Position numbers and translations under genes: made by a program. 64,000 nucleotides of DNA from a bacterium (lineage in GTDB: Bacteria > UBA8248). Positions 37,401 through 49,840 of the stretch are shown piece after piece. The DNA lies in contig CBDBZY010000041.1 in the NCBI GenBank assembly GCA_965213685.1, positions 480,001 to 544,000 on the forward strand, in the 5' to 3' direction. The notes beneath the pieces were generated by a model, which did no database searches, had not been told where the DNA came from, and was given only the letters and a program-made list of their open reading frames with translations. Within the stretch, counting starts at the first letter, position 1. Every line of letters starts with the position of its first letter.

Positions 37401-39511
37401 GCGTAAATGCGCCAATTATCGCCGTTTTTTAGCGATGGGGCTTTTTCTGACCACGTAGAGCGTACTAGACGCGTGAGGTAGGGAAATTCCCTACAGTATG
37501 GGCCGCTGTAGCGCGTTTACATAGCTATGTAAAGTGCAACCTTCACGACGCAAAAACGGACTTTGTGCACCACATCTAGAGTGACGATAATTGGAAGAGT
37601 TGCCCTAAATTCGCCACGTAGAATTTCCCCTTTCAAAAGTGAATGTACAGTGTACAAAAGAAGTCCAAAACAAATATACTTTCAAAGTAGAGACATACTC
37701 CACAGTTACAAACAACTTTCAGGACAAAAAGCATTGTTGTCACCAAGTGCACACACTGTATGAAAACAAGGCCCACAGTCACTGCAATCTACCCAAAAAC
37801 ACAACTGAAGACTTGCAGCTGGCTGGCTCCCTGGCATTGCACAATTTGCAAAGTGTACCTTCATCACTGTCACTGTCATTTGACTCATCTCGAAATCGAG
37901 CAGGGAGTTGCTGTATTCTACGTGGTCTGCTTCTTTCCGATGGTTCCTCTGACTCACTCTGGCAACTTTCAAGGGAGTCCGAGTCCTGATTAAGCGCTTG
38001 CTTCTTTCCTTTTTTGGATTGAACCTGCTTAGCCTTTCTTGCCTCCTCTCTCTCCTTTTTAGCATTTTCACATTCCTCCTTCTTCTTCCGTTGTTCCTCC
38101 TCTTTCTCTCTTTTTTGTTTCTCCCTCTCTTCCTTCTTGCGCTCTTGTTCTTCCTTGCGTTTTTTCTTCAACTCCTCTACCTCCCTCTCCTTTGCATCTT
38201 TCTCCTTCATCATATCAATGTACTCATTCTCAGTCAGTACTCTTGCCCTCGTTATCCTCCTCCTCTTGGTGGATTGGGTTTGAGGATCCATATCTGGGGT
38301 GCAGAATACATCAGCAAGATGAGCTGGAACCATGCCTGTCACAACTAATGGATTGACAATTGAGGACCCTCGTCCAGATGAAGAGCAAGGTTGGGGGGGA
38401 GTAACAGTGAAAGGAGTTGGGGTATTGCAAACATGTGATGGAGTGCTGGTCAAAGGAGCACCACCAGGACTAGAAGACAGGGAGTCTGGAGTTGGATGTG
38501 AAACAATGGAAGACACCACAGGTGAAGGTGTCTCAGGAGCCAATACAGATGTCTCTTCAGTTGTGGAGGTATCCGTGCTATCTAGAGAAGAGTTCTGCAG
38601 AGGCTTGTACACGTCTGATGGCTTCATCTTCTTGATGGCAATGGCATCTGGGTTGTATGGAAAAATGCCTGATTTCGAAAACCCCGCCTTAATATTTGAC
38701 ATTGAAAATGCTTTCTCAAAAGGTTCCTTGACCACTGAGGCAAATTTGCGTTTAGACACTACAAAATTTTTCTTAGCAAAAGAAAGGGCACGCACTGACT
38801 TAAAAAAGTTGTCCTTCAGGGACTTAAAAACGGCAACATCCAATGGCTGGAGAGCGTGAGTTGAGGTGGAAGACAAAAGAGTATCACACCACTCGATTGA
38901 GCTACATCAATGAGATCAAGAGTCATGTGTGTCTTGTGGCCATCAATAAACAAAATGACTGGTCGCTGTGGGGCAGCATACACAAGAAATACTCTCTTCA
39001 TCCAGCTCAAGAAAGAGCTCTGAGTCTGCCCACCCTGACTCACTTTTGGCATAAACTGCATCATCAGGACCTCTGAAAGTGTAAGGTCCTCCTGGAAAAG
39101 CTTCTGGATAAATGATCGTTGGTGGGAGTGCAATTCCAGCAGCAGAAGCACCAGAGTAAAGTGATGTGCTCAGTCGTTCCAGGAGCTTGAGCATACGTGT
39201 ACTTGGCTTTTTTGACTGTCACCACTTTCTCACGAGTGCCATAGAGAGGAAGGAATGTTTCGTCACAATTGTAAAGACGTTGGGGTGAATTAATAAGGCC
39301 ATGCTCAGTAAGGATCTTCTTCAGCAGCAGTCATCGTTTTTCTTACGCTGCTCGAACTTCTTCGACCGGTTAAAACTGGCTGAAGGCACACGTGATCTCT
39401 ATAATAGCTGCGCATGCTCAAAACTTACACACAATGTTGTGTAAGGCAAGCAAAGCCATATGGCGATAATAGGCGTGGAAGCAGAACTGGCGATAATTGG
39501 CGCATCTACGC
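37401..39511 (-). mobile_element. pogo/Fot1-like DNA transposon with a decayed DDE transposase and C-terminal PHD-like finger
   Basis: TA|GCGTAAATGCGCCAATTATCGCC ... GGCGATAATTGGCGCATCTACGC|TA. Motifs YNCDET, SGW, ILFIDGHKTH, THALQPLDVAVF, CKLC...WVDCSDC..FHTVC. Frameshifts; N-terminus deleted. Confidence 0.85.
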
Positions 39512-42085
39512 TATAATTGCAAGGAACACTGTAGCAATGAGAGAATGAATGGGAGAAGAGAGGAGGAGATCTAGAGGAATGGGTCTAAATATTAATGTGG
39601 TAAGGTGGAATGGAGGGGAGAAGGAAGGAGAGAGACTAGGGAGGAGGAAGGGAGGTGGGGAAAGTTGGAGGAAGGGGAAGAGAGGGAGGTAACAGGGGAA
39701 GAGGAGGGAGGAAGGAAGAAGAGGAGGGAGGAAGGGAGAAGAGGAGGGAGAGAGGGGAGAGAGGAGGGAAGAAGAGGGAGGGGGGTGAGGGGAGGGGGAA
39801 GTAGGGGGGAGGGGAGGGAGAGGGAGGAGGGGAAGGGGAAGGGGAGGGAGAGGGGAAAGGGAGACAGGGGGGAGGGGAGGGAGAGGGAGGGAGGGAGGGG
39901 AAGGGGGAAGGGGGAAGGGGAGGGGGGAGGGAGACGGGGGAGGGGAAGTGAGGGGAGGAGAAACAAGGGGAGAAACAGTGGTATATACTAGCCAGGAGCT
40001 GACAAGGCACAAGGCAGGAGGAGCACAAGGAAAGGAGAAATAAAGGCAGAATGGAGGGACAGAGGGTAAGGAATAGGTCTTGATACATTATGCTGGCATA
40101 AATTTGAGAAAAATAGGTATATATAGTCAAAAGGATAGGGAAATAATTGGTGAGAATAATCGAAGGTTGTGTGAAAGTATAAAGTAATAAAACACTTTGG
40201 CACCACGTTTCATTGCCCCACCCACTGCATGCCACGCACACATACTGAGGCACACAGACTATCCAGTGTTGTGGGTAGATCAATTAATTAGTGTGCATTA
40301 TTAAGAGTGTGCAGTAATGGCGGACAGAGATTCGGACCAGCCAGGTTGTAGTCTAGTGGAGGCTATGGGGACCGTGGTCACTGTAGAAGCTGAAATCAGA
40401 ACTGATTTGGAGCTACAGAGTAGTTGTTTTTGCAGAATAATCAAAGCATAATCACAGTTTTAAGGAGAATAATAGACTAAGAATAGGGGAATAGAATAAT
40501 ATGTGGAAAAAAAGGCCTCAGTGAAAGAGTCAACGCAAGCTCTGCCTGAAGCAGGGAAAACGATTGATAGAGATACACTATATGAGTACACATGCATGAC
40601 ATATGGGTACACGTACATACATGCATGCACACATGTGCACTGTACAGTAGCTTGACCATGATGTGGCTGCCCTGCAGGAGTCTGCCAGCCTTCAGAGAGT
40701 GGTGCTCTCTACCTCACACTGTGCTCCATGCATGACATGATCGAGCCTTCTGCATTGGGGGGGAGAGAGGGAGAAGGCGAGGGAGGGAGAGAGGGAGAGA
40801 GGGAAGAAGAGGAAGGGAAGGAGGGAGGAAGGGAGACAAGGAGGGAGGGGAGGAGGGAAGAAGAGGGAGGGAAAGAGGAGGGAGGGCTAGTGCAGTGTAA
40901 GTAACCTCATTCCCAGGCTCTCCCCCTAGTGCACAGGTAAGATTTTTCGATTCTTGTACCCTAAAAGGTCATACGCGTGTGCTAGTGGGAGAGCCTGGGA
41001 ACGCGGCTGCAGTGTAAACAAGTAATACTCATACACATGGGACACAGTGGTAAGACAGGGACTGCGCATGCCTTGAAAAACACAGGATTGTATGCACCTG
41101 TGATACATGTACATGTAAATGTACATGGGTGGTGAGAGTTGGCGCACCATCAAAGCCCCATTCCCAACTCTCAAGGTTGGGCATGTGGACCATCTGCCTT
41201 TCATTCGGATTTATTCTTATATGTGAGGCTTGTTGTTTTGCTTTTTAAAATACAATGTACACTGTATATATATATATATATTTCTAAGCCGTTGAGGTTG
41301 TTGCAGACATAACTTTTTCTAAGCCGATGAGGTTGCTACATACATGTATTTCTAAGCCATTCAGGCTGTTCTCCAAATATTTTTCTAATATTTTACATGT
41401 TAGCTTCCACCTATCATTCTTGTTGCCAGGTAACTTCATCCTTCACCGCATCCTCTTCCTCATCTTCCAGATTGTTTTCTTGATCATCCCCTTCCTCCTC
41501 TTCTTCCTAGTTAACCTTCCTCCTCTTCCCCTCCTCCTCCTCTTCCAAATAATTATTAACCTTCCCTTTTCCTCCTCTGCCTCTTCTTCCTCCTCTTTCT
41601 TCTCCTCCTCCTCTTCCTAATAATTAATTAACCTCCTCCTTTTCTTCCCATTTCCTCCAGACTTCTCTCTCACTCACTCTTCCCCCTTCCTCTCTTTCAT
41701 ATCATTATATTACTGCTGTCTTCATCAGTCCTAACACGTAATGTCACAATCATTCTAATTGTCTGAACAAACTGCTTTTAAATAATCAAATTCTACAAAG
41801 ATCACAATGCATTAATAAGACAACACACATATCAGCTAGTGTAGGATGTTGGAATGAGTGTATAGAAATAATAATACATAATTATACATGATCACTTCAC
41901 TGTTCATACAAGGTGTTTTCTTTACTACAGCATACAACCTAACCTCATACTACAACACATGTTGTACAGTATACATGTAAACCAATAATATATTTATTTT
42001 AGCAAAATTAAGAGTATAAGCCAAAACACACAATAGCAGGTTGTAGGAGTCAAGTAACATGTAATGCATAGCAGCATACACGAAT

Positions 42086-42956
42086 TCACTGTAAATGAGA
42101 ATACCCTCCAACACTTTCCACAATCCCTCCAGCCACAAGCAGTTCACCAGAGGGGAGTACTGCACAAGAGGGAGCATCCATTCCCACAGGAAGCTCTCCA
42201 CACTTGCTCCATTTCTTCCCTTCTGCCTCATATCGGTAGAGCCCCACCCCTCCTACCAGTAGCAAGTAGTTCTGCAGGGCTAAGAGTGTGGGGCCACCTA
42301 CTGGAGGGGATGGTAGTTCTTGCCATGTTGGGCCAGTGGTGGTGTTGTGAGTTGCGTTTGATATCAGGGTGGGGAGGTGGGTGGAGAACACGTGAGGCTG
42401 ACCATCACTCCAGTGATATGATGAGATGTATACGCAATCACTAATGATGACTGCTGTCATGAGCTGAGCCCCCATAGGCATTGGCTGTGCCCTGCACCAC
42501 TAGTGAGTGGAGCAGTCCAGGACTTCTACTGTGTCTTTATTGTAGTGCCAACATGCCACAATGAGGTATTGCTGGTAGCCCACCGCAGCTGACCATGATC
42601 TACCAGTTGGCATTCTTGGGTAGTGCTGAGTATTCCAGCGATGACCCTCACTGTCCCATAATTGGATAGCAGTGCTGCCTCCTCCACCACCAGCTAGTAA
42701 TAGCTGGTCCTTGACTGATGCCATGGCAAACCTGCACACAGTGTTCTTTGGCAGCTGAGACCACTCACCAGTGGTAGAGTTGAATTGCACTACAACATAC
42801 TGATTGCTGCCCCCCACAGCAGACCCACCTCCAATGTGGACCTGTCCCTTCAGTATATAATGCAGTGTAGGCAAACTGGACTCCAAAGGGCAAGTCCTTT
42901 CCTCTCCGGATCCTCCATTTGAGTAGGAGGGGCCATCTTAGTGGCTGAACCTGGGG
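42086..42956 (-). pseudogene. Disrupted Kelch exon paralog
   Basis: Same Kelch exon as 34251-35141, but with a frameshift near 42860, an in-frame stop at 42500 and a degraded end. Confidence 0.85.
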
Positions 42957-43021
42957 CTGTAATGAGGTGAATGATGCAGGGAGGGTGGGAGGGAAGGAGA
43001 AAAGGGAGGGAGGGAGGGAGG

Positions 43022-44232
43022 TAGGCATTGATACATTATGCTTTCTATTTTGCCTATTATGCTATTCCCGAATTCCCCCAAAATCTGCCTATTATGCTTC
43101 AGAACATTCTTATTATTCCCAGGAAGGTACCTATTATTCTTACAGTTACATTAATAATCCAGAATAGCTGGCAACCACTCGGTGATCTGAGCCATTCTGT
43201 AATTAAGCAAACAAACGCCTATTAAAAATATTGCCCGTTACGCGCACGCACTTTCATTTGCTACACTAACGTGACGCGGAAGATTACATATGTAGTGTAC
43301 ATAGTGCATATATAATAGTTATACGTCGAGTCCAGGGATATACGGTATTTATAAACCAGAGGGCCCTGAGCTGTAGCGTCCGAGCGCAGCGAGGACGCTA
43401 CTAAGGGCCCGAGGGTTTATAAATACCGTATATCCCATTGGACGAGACCATAGATTGTATAGACTCCGCAACCGAGTCCATACAATCTATGACGAGACGT
43501 ACAACTAGTTTAGAGCACAGCATCGCGTGCTCGTACCTCGCACTTAGTAACAGGCGGTTACTACGGCTGAAATATTATCCTATTGGACGAAGCGCTTACC
43601 GGTTTAGAGCTGGGCATGCCGAGCTAGGCTCAGCCTAGTAACAGTTCGCTACGGCGTGCCTAGTAACCGCTAGTACGCTTGACCAGAGAGCGGTCTTGGG
43701 CGACGGTCTTGGGGGCGACTCGCGAGAGACTCGGAGCTGACAATGCACGCAGCGGTTGCTTTGTAAGCGGAGCTGATAGCAGTTTGATTTACATGTACGG
43801 TACACATGGCTATCGCTGTCTTTTGGAAAGTATCGGCTAGCTCCAGTAGCGGCTATCGAGGTAGCCTGGCATGCGCTGGTACGCGGTAACTACGCGGTTG
43901 CTATGTATGGACACTGGACGTGAGGGGAAGGTCTACGTGGCTTATAAGTGCCGCGGACATTTATAAGCCACGTCTCGTGGTTTATATGAGATTTATAAAC
44001 CACGCCCTGACCAATCAGATTACAGTATTCCGAGTAGCTGTGCTCTAAAATATTATAGTCTCATGCAAATCCCGTAATCCTCGAACTCACTGCACATGCA
44101 CATTGAGGGTAGTGTTAGCTGAAGGATACCGTATTATTCCCGAATTCCTGCCTATTATGCTCGCATTATTCTCAAATTCCCAGATGTACCTATTATGCTC
44201 AAAATTATACCGGCATAATGTATCAATGCCTA
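43022..44232. mobile_element. MITE with TAGGCATTGATACATTATGC TIRs, containing a nested hairpin-ended element
   Basis: 20-bp perfect TIR, inserted in a GAGG tract that is uninterrupted in the paralog at ~61945-61980. Related elements at ~40074-40510 and ~26764-27188. Confidence 0.8.
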
Positions 44233-46452
44233 GAGGGAGGGAGGGAAGGAGGGGGGAGGGGGGAGGAAGACAGAAGGAGTGATGTAAGAATAGTGGCATG
44301 TAGGGAAGGTGAACTATCTATCAGCGTTTTGGCAACTAACTATCAGCGTTTTGGCAAAATAAAGTTAGGTGCATCTTTAATAGGTTCAACACTATATACT
44401 TGGAGGGAATAGCAAAAGCTCACCTGTATTAATAGCATATTGGGCAGGTTCAGGTGATAACTTACATGATATTGACTACAATCACAAGAGAGTGGGTGTT
44501 GTGCATTTTTTTTTGCATTACACAAAGCAATATTACAGGATGAGTCAACTAGTGTAGCAGTTGAGCATGTTTTTGTCTATGTTCTATGGAAAAAAGTGCA
44601 TCCATTTTGTGATTTTTTTGGAGTTTCAAGCAGTCGCGATCGGCTCTGATCTCTTTGAAACATCTTCAGTCAGAAATTGTTTGCCTGTACAAAGAATTGA
44701 TATAGCCTTGCAGCTCATGACCTTATCCCAGTTGATTTTGGGAGTATGAAGGAAACTGTATTCGTTTGTTCCCCATGCACATCCTGTTTATTATTACTTG
44801 TAGATCTACTGTTGTTTACAGTGGACTACAGCTAGTTTACTAATTATTACACAGTGTGTGCTTTATGAGAAAACTTTCCATCATTTTTAAAGTATATAAA
44901 TTGTTGTGTAATGACCTTACGACTTGTGCTCTTTTCTATCAAACTCCTTGTAAATACACCTACTGAGTTTTTTGTAACATGATCAGTCAGCACTCACCAC
45001 CCATACCTTTCTAACATCCTACTACACCTCCATTCACTTGTACAGCTTTCTTTCATGTGATGATCAAATAGTACAGGGACAGCTGTACTAATACACATGA
45101 TAGATACATAGGTAGCTACAAACATGGTTTTAGGCTACGCTAACACAGAAGTTGCACAATTAACGATTCAAAAGCAAAACCACAAAGCAAAGTATACAAT
45201 TCTCCAATTAAAGCAGCTTGAAGAATTTTACCAGAGCGAGATCTCCTTCTATAATTTTGTTGCTCCAGAAATTTCTAACTAACTCAACTCTCTCCTCCAG
45301 TTTGCTTTTCATCTTCCTCTTTTCAGTCTAGCGTGCCTCTGCAATATTTCTATAATGTCGAGCTAGTGTTAGAGCTTTATTCCTCTCCTTTCTAGTTCTT
45401 TCCTGCACCGTACCGCAGGTACTGTTGCTGACTTGCTGTTGCAGCTGCAGCCAGGTTTGTTTTCAGAGACTGAGTCACAACAGCATCAAGCAATAGTGGT
45501 GCAGTATCAGAGTCATTTTCCATATTTGGTCTTTGAGCATATAATACTGCCTTGCAATCCTGCTTGCCTCAATATTGCGACAAAGAGTTTCATTAGCTCT
45601 TGCTTCTCTAATTCTTGCATACTGTAGTTCTTGATCCTCATCTCTCTTCTTCCTTTCCTCTATTTCTTGCAGGTGAACCACACTAAATTTCACAGTACAT
45701 TCATGTTCAACCTTTGCCTTGAGGGACTGATTCTCCTGTGTCAGTTGTTGATTCTCCAGGACCAGTTGTGTGTTTTCTTCTCCACTGATGCAATCTGATC
45801 ATTCTTCTCCTGTTCTTTTGACTGCATTTCTCGTTGCAGTGTTCCAATCCTCATTTCTCTTCTTCCTTTCCTCTATTTCTTGCAGGTGAACCACACTAGA
45901 TTTCACAGTACGTTCATGTCAGCGTTGTTTTATGCCATCCAAAGTACCAGACTGCCAACTCTCCTTTTTAGATTTGTGTTTATTTAAATGATAATGCTTT
46001 CACCTATCTTTCTTTATTTGCAATGAACGATGTCCTCTGTGTGTCTGTAGAGAAATAATTATATCTATGTTAATAGTTACTGCAGATATGAGGTTAGACA
46101 TATGTAACTATACACATATATACTGCCTGCTGAATGCTGCCAAGTGGCAGGCCTCAAATCAGAAATGTGAATACACAAATATTTTGGGCTGACCCTTTTT
46201 TGTGTTGTAGTAGTACTATTAGTAGATCATAGGCTATTATTAGGTTGTGCTATTTTTGTATATTCCTATTTAGGTGTACTATATTTGTTGTAGTCTGGAA
46301 GTCTGCTGATTTAATACCAGTGTTTACAGTGTCACCTCAGAAATTGCTATCTTGTGGTTTGCATGCAGAGTACTGGTTTCCTGTTTGACTACTCAGCTGC
46401 ATTTGACAGGCTACTGATAAACATTTTAAGAGTACACAGAACTATGCCGCAT

Positions 46453-46582
<130 letters not shown>

Positions 46583-47438
46583 CCACACCTGCATACATAC
46601 GTGTACAAACATACGCGCATCACATATCCCTGCCTGCCTGACCACACAAGAGACAGATCTCAGGTCAGAAATGTGGACACAAGTCACACACCCCTGCCTG
46701 CCTGACCACACAAGAGGCAGATCTCAGGTCAGAAAGACACACATCACACATCTCTGTCTGCCCAACTGCACAAGAGACAAGATGTCAGGTCAGAAATGCG
46801 GATATACAATACACACATGTACCCACACGAACATATACCCATGTACATATCACATATTTCTGCCTGCCTGATGCAAATAGGCAGATGTCATATCAGGGGC
46901 TTACACGTACAAACACCATACACCCTTGTGTGAGATATAGACACTCATCATGTATAATCCATTTACATGGTTGTAGAAAACAATACCTTAAAAGTGGAAT
47001 GAAAATTGAGGTTTCGTTTCACTTGAGCCACACTGTTACATCTTCAAGGTGTTTCAGTATCACAAGCAGGGAAACTTGATGATGATAGGGGTGATAGGCC
47101 ATGTTTTTGAATAAATATCCTGTATGAACATATACACCACCAGGATGAGAGAGAAAGATTAAGTGTGAAATGGACGGAGGCAGAGATTAGAGCAAAACAG
47201 GCTGGCATATATGTAGAAAAAGCTCACCACAAGTGCTTTTCCTCCTTTGAAAGTAATGCGACAGCTCTTGGAGAGGCATCATTCATCACAGACTAGTGCG
47301 AGTATCCCACGCTATTCAGCATGCGCATGCGTAGTTGCGTCTTTATCGTACTATTAAACAGCTCCTCGTGAGTGTTTGTGGTTGCAGTTGCTACCAAGTC
47401 CAGTTACATTGATTTTTCAGTGTGTACCATCCTTTGAA

Positions 47439-49028
47439 ATGGCATCTGGCAACTTTTATGGGAGAGGAGCTATGTTCACTTCAGGATCCGGTTCAAATGG
47501 AGGTGACGGAAGCGATGGAGGATTTGCATGTTCTATACCTACAGTACGCCTCGTTCACATTTAGTGCAGCCACCCAGTCATGAACTAGCTAGATTGAACC
47601 AGAAGTTAGATCAAATGTTTGTGGTAATAACAGAGCAAAAGTCGGCGATAGAGAAAGGTAAGGTGTGGATGTTATTGGTAAATCAAAACTGCTATAATAC
47701 AGAATTCCACTGTTTTCTAGATATACAAAAAGTGCTGATCTCAAGCAACAAGTTCAGACATTAGGGAGAACATGAGTGAAGTCAGAGCATCAATGAAATG
47801 ACTTCAAGAGTCAGGAAAGTTAAAAAGAGGTCATATCCCCAAGGACTTATCTGTAAGGGCATTTTATATACAACTTGTTTTGTCCGCTGCAGTTTACAGT
47901 TTCCTTTGTTTTGCAGAAGTGTGTAAAAGACGTCCACTCTAAGTAAGGAAGAACAGTTCAAAGGTTCTGAATAGTAAGTTTACTAATTGTGATTGGTGTA
48001 TGCTTTCAGCAACTATCTGCTTTCTTATAGCTATACCAGCACACACAATGCTCAAGTGAAAGAGACTATAATGAGTGATATGAAAGTGAAGTTTATGGGC
48101 GCATACTCACCTGTTAGAATCAAGAGTAAGGATCACATGAAATGTTATATGTAAAATATGTCTGTTACTAGCTTAGTTCCAAAGGTCTGTGTTTAAGTAT
48201 TTCCTCATGCCACTGTTATGTGCTAATTGGCTGTACTTCAATTACTACCTAGAGAGCACATCCTGTTTGAACAATCTTGTTGATAACGCTTCCTCTTAGC
48301 TGTGTTACTACAGTAAAAGGATCTCTTGCATACAAAATTTTGGAGCTAAACAGGTCAGATGTTTATGTACATCATCAATGTATTATTCCTTGTACCTGCA
48401 GGATCCATCCATCGGACTTACCAGAAGTACAAAAACAGCAAACCAAAAAAAGGTTTTCAACAAAATTATACGTCTTAATTTCTCCCTTCTCTTTATTGAA
48501 TGCACAAAAATGCATCATTCACATGCGTGTGTGTGCGGACACACACACACACACACACACAGCTGTACAGCAGACAAAAAAGTTTCCTCAAGAGGGAAGA
48601 GGAAATAAAGAAATGGTCTGAGGTAGGTCCAGCCTACATGACAGAGGAGAGTGAAGCTGAGGGAGATACCATTCAATAGCATCCTCTCAAGTGGCGGTCT
48701 GAAGGTATGTCATTTTCTTTTATCTCTCATCTCTCCTTACTTTTTCTTTTTCTGCGGAACTGAGCAAATGGTCCAAAGGATTGATCATAGAATTGAAAAA
48801 GAACCACTGCATGGAACAATACAGCTGAAGAGGAGGGAGCGTTCTGTGCGGTCCGACTCTGGCCCACCCACAACTTTTCTGAATTGGGCAGTAGATCCTG
48901 CCTATCAGAGACGATCTACAGTCCTGATTCCATGTAATGAAAGTTTGTCATCTGGCCAAATATTACAGCTCAGTGATTCAGAATCACAGACCACATCAAC
49001 CCAGGACTCTGACTGTAGTAGTGATTAG
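47439..49028 (+). pseudogene. Decayed multi-exon gene, possibly a transposon accessory protein (C14orf93/DUF4616-like)
   Basis: Short GT-AG introns; coiled coil ELARLNQKLDQMF; later YMTEES, HPLKWRSE and PPTTFLNWAVDP. Several stops and frameshifts. A CAC-type terminus (CTTCCTGTG) at ~49394-49402 may be an element end. Confidence 0.4.
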
Positions 49029-49840
49029 ACTAAGTATTGCATTGTGTTAGATTTGAATTCAAGTTTCTATTTATATTTATTTCGATAATTAAAGAGACCC
49101 CCAAGTATATAGTGTGGTTCTAGTATAAGTACTCACTAAACGGCATACTGTGTATGCCCATGAAGGTTTTGTCACGATGTGGTGGACGGCACCGTCCTGT
49201 ATTGCCTGTGGACAGGAAGCAGATACCGCTTACACGTCAATGGCGGGCACCGTAAAAATCCCGTATAAATGTTCCCAATACGGACTAATACAAGGTCTGT
49301 CCAGAGCTCCGCGAACGCTGCGATTTACCCCACCTCAAGTTTTATGACAGAATTCATTTGCCATCAGTACGGTATCTGCAATCCGGTACTACACTTCCTG
49401 TGAAGAATAACATAATATTATATGCACCAACACTTCATTATGAAAAATGTGATTACAATTGCAGTATACAAAGTTTTCCACTAACCTCCTGTTACATGCT
49501 GTATACATGTAAACCAGATGCTTATAGGTGATATTTTCACAAATGTTTGGGTATAATTAACCCAACACACATAATAGCAGGTTGTATAGTGTGCGCATGC
49601 TTTCTTTACTATAGTAGTGTTAGCAAAATGTATATAATTATGTACATGTAAACCACAATGAACGTTCCACAAATTTGGGGGTGTAAGCCAACACTGCACA
49701 CATAATAGCAGGTTGTAGGAGTGAAGTAACATGTATTGCATAGCAGCATACACAAATTATTAAATGTAAAATCAAATCACTAGTGGTAGTTCACATGACA
49801 TTGTACAGTTGTGCATAGTGAGGTGTTATCAGAGAAACAA

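Noticed and set aside
37998-38859. Hydrophobic plus-strand ORFs resembling membrane proteins
   Set aside because: Antisense shadow of the Lys/Glu-rich and Ser/Pro-rich parts of the pogo transposase.
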